Part shown: positions 58,163-64,000 of the stretch, one piece after another
How the letters are laid out: every line of letters starts with the position of its first letter
How positions within the stretch are numbered: the stretch's first letter is position 1
Assembly: GCF_006345805.1 (NCBI RefSeq)
Contig: NC_043001.1
Span: 38,626,001-38,690,000, forward strand
DNA: 64,000 nucleotides
Source of the DNA: Octopus sinensis
Lineage: Eukaryota
Direction: 5' to 3'
The notes under the pieces: model-generated
Seen by the model: only the letters and a program-made list of their open reading frames with translations
Databases searched by the model: none
Told to the model about the DNA's origin: nothing
Program-made: the position numbers and the translations under genes

Positions 58163-58649
58163 TAGTACGGTCATGTGATGTGTATGGATTTGCATAAAGA
58201 ATTGCATAAAGAATTGCCTCTCTAATTATGAGATTTCAGCATCGAGAACAGATGATGATGATGATATGTGTGTGTGTATGTATCATGTTTTAGGTATAAT
58301 GTGTTTGTGAAAACCTCACAACAGAAAATCAGTTTCTGCACTATATATTAAGAGGCACCCAAATAGATTCTTTTTTCAATTCCCCTCAAAAGAAAGCAAT
58401 ATGATCAACAAAATCAAACAAAATAACCACTTTTATATATGAAAACAGCAATGTCTAAACATACACAGTACAATAAGTATACATAAAAACATTTGAAAAA
58501 TACATTAGAGAATAAATAAGAATCTCAATATTGTAATAAAGTATGTTTTTATCACAAAAGATGTTGACTATAATGTGAAGAAGCAGAATGATAATTATTG
58601 AAAGATGAGGGACACTATCTTAATCAGCTTGAGGGGTTAAGAACTTATA

Positions 58650-59560
58650 CAAAGTTATTTGATGTTTATGACACATTATCTCTTTATATAGCACAATGTA
58701 TGAACTGAGCTCAGTAAACTCCTCTTGTAATTTTTATTACATTCACAATTCAGGTTGTTATCAGGAAAATCTTGCAGTAGACATTCTTCTATAAGTGCCA
58801 GCCCTTCAGCAATATACTTTGTAGTCAATTTAAATGGAGTTGGTGGAATTTCTGCATTCTCATCTGTATTCTCAACTTTCTCTTGATAAAACAGCATGAG
58901 CTCCTGATTAGATAAACTTGCTTTATGGTACACTAGTAACATAATGCTTTGTAACTTCTTCAAACCCTACATCATTTGTAAATGTCACAATATCTTTCAA
59001 ACTTTTCTGCTTGTGGAAAACTTAAGTCACAGATATAATCTGGTCATATATTTTCACAAGCACATATTCAAAGTGGAGGGTTTTACTTCACCAATGACTC
59101 AGTAATTTTATCTACAGTATCCATTGTGTTGAATTTTTTCCAGACATCTTTAACCATAAATTTATCTTTCCTGTCAATTGCTTTCAAAAGTTGTTTGAAA
59201 GTTCTTTACAGAATATATACCTTGAAGTTAAGACTACACATTGATACATAGGCTGGATCAAAGAAGTTTTATTCTTGAAAATATACTCTCACATTATCAG
59301 AAAGCTCATTTAAGTTTACTGGGTGGCTTGGTCTATTGTCTAAAAGGGACAATACTTTACAGGAAATATTATTTGGCACTGTACCACACTGCAGTAGGAC
59401 ATAAAAATGTTTGTAAATTGCTCTTTGAAGAGGCTCTAAGTCATCTGTGCTTTCTTATTTGAAAGCCAACTAACTTTGCATAATCTTTAAAAATCTTTGG
59501 ATTTTTGCAGTGATATATCAGTAGGAGCTTTAATTTCATATTATCAATAGCATCAGAAGA
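58650..59560 (-). mobile_element. Tigger/pogo-like transposase remnant
   Basis: VKDVWKKFNTMD.VDKITES..KPSTLN and LL.YH..SLSNQELM...FKLTTKYIAEGLALIEE...DNNLN resemble the Tigger C-terminus. Confidence 0.65.
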
Positions 59561-59699
59561 TTTTTGGAGAATAGAATTTCTCCAATAAAAGGTTCTACAA
59601 TAAATACATCACTTATTAAAAAAAAAAAAAGAAGCAGTGCTAAATGCACTCTGACTTCACTGTGTCATTTATAAATATATTAATATAAAAGCCTGAGTG

Positions 59700-60670
59700 A
59701 TCATCTTGATAAATCAGTAAGCACTATCATTAATCAAGGGAATAAAATTATATCATGTTTAGTTTTACAGAGAACTTTCTCTTAAGAATTATGAACATTT
59801 TAAAAGTTGCTACAAGTGTTAATTGTAGAAAGACATTCTGATTACCATTCTACATTTTGAATATATTTAATGGAGTGGGGTCTTTTGTATGGTAATAAAA
59901 CTTCTATGGAAATAATGAAACTGATAACAGGATATTAATTTTCAGACTGTAAGTGATTTTGAAATGAAAAGTAAACAATTGGCGTCATTTCATCAAACCC
60001 AATCTACTCATTTACAATTTAAAAAAAAAAAGTAAAATCAGGTAGCATTAAGCAATCAATATTTGGTAAAAAACAGTAACAGAAGATGAGAGATCAAAGA
60101 ATGAGGTAAAGAGTAGGAATGCAGCAGCTACATCAGCTTTGGCAAATTTAGACCTTGTTTGGAGAAATAAATATTACTATAACAATTAAAATTCATTTTT
60201 TTAAGAGAAATTGCAACTTCAGCTTCATTTTATTAGTGTGAATCATAGCTTTTAGATGCTGTAAATGAGGAAGAGATGCCTTTTGAAATGAAATGTTGCA
60301 GAAAGATCCTTTGCATTCAGTTTATAGAACAATAAACATATGAGACTTAAAAAATAAATTGTTGGGAAAACAACCATAAAACACATCTGTTAATTAGCAA
60401 ATGGTAGCAAATCAAGTGGTTTGGTCATGTAAAGCATCACCAATAAAAGAAGAATAGACAAAAGAACATGAAAGAGGTTAGCTGAGTTACATTAAGTAGT
60501 GGACAGGAAGGAAGACAGTGAAAACTATAAGGTAGGCAGAATGTTAAAAAAACTGGAAGGTGGATAATGCATTTCTTGCTGTACTTATATGGTTTCCCTT
60601 TACAATGGATTTTAATTGATTGAAATATTATATAGAAAATAATTTGTTGGACAACCATCAGACCTGGAGG
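59700..60670 (+). mobile_element. Ancient RTE (BovB-like) LINE remnant
   Basis: ATSALANLDLVWRNKY...CES..L....E..FEMKCCRKILCI resembles the RTE C-terminal region. Confidence 0.6.
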
Positions 60671-61039
60671 AAATGAAATGCACTACATGATATTTATTTT
60701 ACCAAAAGGTTGTTCAGAATTTTTTCCAGGTATGTTCTAGTTAATGATTTAGAAAAAGCATTAAGAAAATAGAAAATTTTGTTACTGAATTAAAAATAGA
60801 TGGTGAAACAAGCAAAAGACCGTATAGTTAGAGAGAAATAGACAAAATATACATTTTGCAAACTGAAACTTACCTTTTGTTGATGAAAATCTATTAAATT
60901 GAAGAAAAATGTGACAAAAATCAAATATTTACAATATTTACAAAATAAAACAATTTTCAAAAACAAAGAAACCCTTATTTTATTATTGTTATTATTATCA
61001 TTACTCTTATTCTTCTAAGGTTAATAAGCTCTACCAATC

Positions 61040-61960
61040 AAGTACTGGAATCAATATAATCAATTGTTCCCCTCCCAGCAAATCTCTGGCCTTGTGCATA
61101 TGTTAGAAACAAATGAAGGTAGTGGACTGACAGCATCATGTGAGTACAAAATACTATATCGTATTTGTTCTTGCTCTTTACATTCTGGTTTCAAATCCTG
61201 ACAAGGTCAACTTTCCTTTTCATTCTTTTGGAGTTGGTAAGATAAAATATCTGTCAAGTACTGTGGTTGATGGTACCCTGCTTTCTATCCACATTACAAA
61301 TTATTATTAATATTATTATTATTAATGAGGCAGCAAGCTAGCAGAATCATTAGCACATCAGGAAAAATGCTTAGTGGTATTTCCTCTGCCTTTTCTGAGC
61401 TCAAATTCCACTGAGGTTGACTTTGCCTTTCATCCTTTCGGGGTCGATGAAATAAGTACCAGTTGCATATTGGAGTCAATTTAATTTACTATTCCCCTCC
61501 CACCAAATTTCAGGCCTTGTGCCTTTAGTATAAAGGATTATTACAATTATTATTATTAGTTATTTGGATGTACCCACATTTGCAAGACTGGAGTCCAATT
61601 CTGTGACAACTTGTTATATTTAATTCTGCCAAGGTTGACTTTGTCTTTCATCCTTTCATGGGTGATAAATTAAGTACCAGTGAAACACTGGGGTCAATGT
61701 AATTGACTGTCCCCATCCCCCAAATTTTAGGCCTTGTGCCTACAATAGAAAATATTATTATTGTGAGCTGGTAGAATGATTAGCAAATGCTTAGCAACAT
61801 TTCATCCATCTTTAAAATCTGAGCTCAAATGCTGCCGAGGTTAACTTTGCTTTTTCATCCTTTTGGAATCAATAAAATAAGTATCAGTTGGGCACTGGGG
61901 TCAATACAATCGACTTGCCTCCTCCCCTGAAATTGCTGGTCTTGTACTAAAATTTGAAAC
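61040..61960 (+). mobile_element. Cluster of 3-4 tandem tRNA-derived SINE copies separated by (ATT)n tails
   Basis: Repeats of agct.gcagaat..ttagc...atgcttag...ctgagctcaaat...gaggt.gactttgcc.ttcatcctt...aagtaccag...ggccttgtgcc. Confidence 0.8.
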
Positions 61961-61969
61961 AATTATTAT

Positions 61970-62130
61970 TATTTTGGTTTGTCTCAGGTTGGTCTTATTC
62001 CTGGTAGGTATTCTGTGGATAGCAAGTTACTACCTGTGACCTTAGATATCCACAAGTTTTCAGCAGTCTTTCAGATGCTTAGGATCCTCCTGATAATCCT
62101 TGCTGTCCCTAAGAGATAAACTCTACTGGG
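61970..62130 (-). mobile_element. R4/Dong-like LINE 3' end
   Basis: Minus strand reads SLGTARIIRRILSI*, then the 3'UTR and an (AAT)n tail. Confidence 0.6.
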
Positions 62131-63075
62131 CTTTCTATTTTAAAACATTGTTAAGTAAAAACATTAATTATCAAAACACTTGATGGGTAACTTTGGAAGA
62201 TTTGCAACCATGGATAATGTCAGAAAATATGGTATAGATACAATAATTATAATTTAACTTTTATAAAATTCCTTATTACTTATGCAAAATGATGAAACCG
62301 ATACAAATTTTAAAACAAGAAGTATTCATTACTTTAAAATCAAATTAAATAAAACAAATTTCTCATTTGAATAAACCCTACCACAACTACTTCGTTATTT
62401 CATCCCTTCCACCCAGTTCCACATCCTCTGTCTCCAAAATTCTTTCTCTTTCAACATGTGCATGTAGCATTCCTTTATTCATTGCCTGCAACCAAGCCTA
62501 GAGTGTGCACTCATCCTTTCCCTCTTTTGTTAACTCTCTCTTTATCTTTCTTTTATTCTCTCTACCCTTATCTTCATATGATGTAAATCATGATTGGAGA
62601 AATCAACATTTATAGAGATTAAAGTGGATATATATCTGGCATGCACTGAAAGAAAAATATAACTAGTTGAAAGGTAGTATAATTTTTAGCAAAAAGTACA
62701 GAAGGCTACTCCAAGTATGGTTTGCTTCAGTTGAAGTGCAGCCTTTTTTTAGCAAGCAAATTGCTAGGAAAATATACTGAATCATGAAAGATAAAAAATA
62801 ATTTTTTAAGAGAAATGTATTTTTATTTTTTAAATAAACAAGTAAAAATATAATATACTTACTCATTATTGTTTTTGATAGCTGTCAAAAAAAAAAAAAA
62901 AGTCACTTTCAAGTTAAACACTTGGCTACAATAATAACATAAAACTAACCATTAGCTGTAGTGGTTCAAGCCATAAACAGCAAAAGTATGGAAAGAATAT
63001 GATCACACTTAACAATAAAAAAAGAGATACACTATTTACATTTGACGGATATTTGTCCCCATCTTCTTTGTTGCT

Positions 63076-63121
63076 AACACAATGTTTCGGCTGATAAACT
63101 GTCCAGCCTTCATTAGGTGTC
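63076..63121 (-). ncRNA. Hammerhead motif with inactivating-type core change (CUAAUGA)
   Basis: Minus strand GACAC-CTAATGA-A-GGCTG..CAGCC-GAAAC-ATT-GTGTT. Confidence 0.5.
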
Positions 63122-63394
63122 TTGGGGAAATTTCGAACCTGGGTTCTCATTCCTAAGGCATTTTTCGATGTTGTTATTATTATTATTATTAATATTATTA
63201 TTACTATTATTATTCAGGTCACTGCCTGGAATTGAATTTGGAATCTTGGGGTTAGTAGTGCAGGGCTACTAACCCCAAGATTCTGAGCTCAATACCAGGC
63301 AGTGACCTGAATAATAATAATAATAATATTAACAACAACAACAACATTGAAAAATACCTTAGGAATGAGAACCCAGGTTCGAAATTTCCCCCAA

Positions 63395-63440
63395 GACACC
63401 TGATGAAGGCTGGAGGGTATATCAACCGAAACGTTGTGTT
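63395..63440 (+). ncRNA. Minimal type I hammerhead ribozyme motif (CUGAUGA core)
   Basis: GACAC-CTGATGA-A-GGCTG..CAACC-GAAAC-GTT-GTGTT; stem I GACAC/GTGTT; AACGTT palindrome. Confidence 0.65.
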
Positions 63441-63649
63441 AGCAACAAACAAGATGAGGACAGATATCTGTCAAATGTAAATAATGTACACAATTCCTCA
63501 GCTCTCAAATACAGAACTGTATTAAAAAAGGAGATTCCTTCAGGATTTTCATTTTTCAGTCTTTTGTGCAGTTATGTTAACATAGATTTATGGATCTTTT
63601 CTGAACGGCTGAATTTTTTGAAATTTTAAAATTAAGTGGAAATTATACC

Positions 63650-64000
63650 CAGTGTAAGCTATGGACACATAAGAGGTGCAGCAATATCAAAGAAAAGCTA
63701 ACTAGGGAGATAAGTTTTGTATGTGGCAAATGCTAAGGTGCTATAAACACTGAAAATGTGCAGAGAACAGCTTCTGTCACATTCCAGGGAAAAAACTACA
63801 AGTAGTTGATAGCTTCTGTTACCTAGGGGACCAAGTTAGTAGCGGGGTGGATGCTCTGACATTGTCATGGCTAGAATAAGAATAGCTTGAGCAAAGTTCA
63901 GAGAGCTTGTACCTCTGCTGGTGACAAAGAACCTCTCACTCAGAATAAAAGGTAGACTATATGACACATGTGTACGAACAGCCATGCTACACGGCAGTGA
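63650..64000 (+). mobile_element. RTE LINE fragment running off the window
   Basis: TQCKLWTHKRCSNIK...VVDSFCYLGDQV...RIRIA*AKFREL..LL.TK.LSLRIKGRLYD. Confidence 0.88.

Larger units (their letters stand above)
54540..58200 (+). mobile_element. Long degenerate RTE LINE (endonuclease end through C-terminus), split by a Tc1-like insertion
   Basis: RLLEFCKANNLMICN..FRKP..HLI.YQSGG, KAPGPLGITAE, QFGFV, MEKAFDR, HGSKTW; resumes tagtacggtcatgtg after 58162. Confidence 0.85.
63033..63483. repeat. Long inverted repeat: ~220-bp arms (63033-63258 and 63266-63483), 7-nt loop
   Basis: The central 18 bp pair perfectly (gaatcttggggttagtag/ctactaaccccaagattc); the arms remain complementary outward. Confidence 0.9.

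Noticed and set aside
60437-60658. Minus-strand ORF with a strong acceptor (catttcctccag) as an upstream exon
   Set aside because: Antisense to an old RTE remnant; no donor before the stop.

Overview
AT-rich, repeat-saturated eukaryotic genomic DNA. The SINE, RTE and Penelope families look like those of octopus/cephalopod genomes; this is inferred from family recognition, not a database search. Almost none of the long ORFs are host genes. They are transposon ORFs (an intact CR1-clade LINE, plus RTE, Tx1, R4/Dong, Penelope, Gypsy, Tc1/mariner and Tigger remnants) or microsatellite artefacts. The hidden host gene is on the minus strand and is invisible to the ORF track because it is built from tiny symmetric phase-1 exons (12-57 nt). 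Four unique exons lie at 43556-43524, 43454-43443, 42354-42298 and 31420-31379. They are followed by an ~18 kb tandem array (about 3.1-21.1 kb) holding 11 copies of one 51-nt exon. Five copies encode D(V/M)x(D/E)LYAKVNKP, and all four variable sites in the LYAKVNKP core are synonymous. The other copies have lost the tyrosine while keeping frame, by three independent routes. This looks like a modular, probably alternatively spliced phosphotyrosine signalling tail, with a motif matching the YAKVNK of the H. pylori CagA EPIYA-A segment. No transmembrane or extracellular exons were found in the window. The introns also carry seven hammerhead-ribozyme-like motifs in Penelope-type terminal repeats, including a G3:C8-swapped core variant, and two long fold-back repeats. 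An intron-containing Tc1/IS630-type transposon is nested in an RTE, a complete non-autonomous Helitron is present, and an ~2 kb near-identical duplication may be an assembly artefact.
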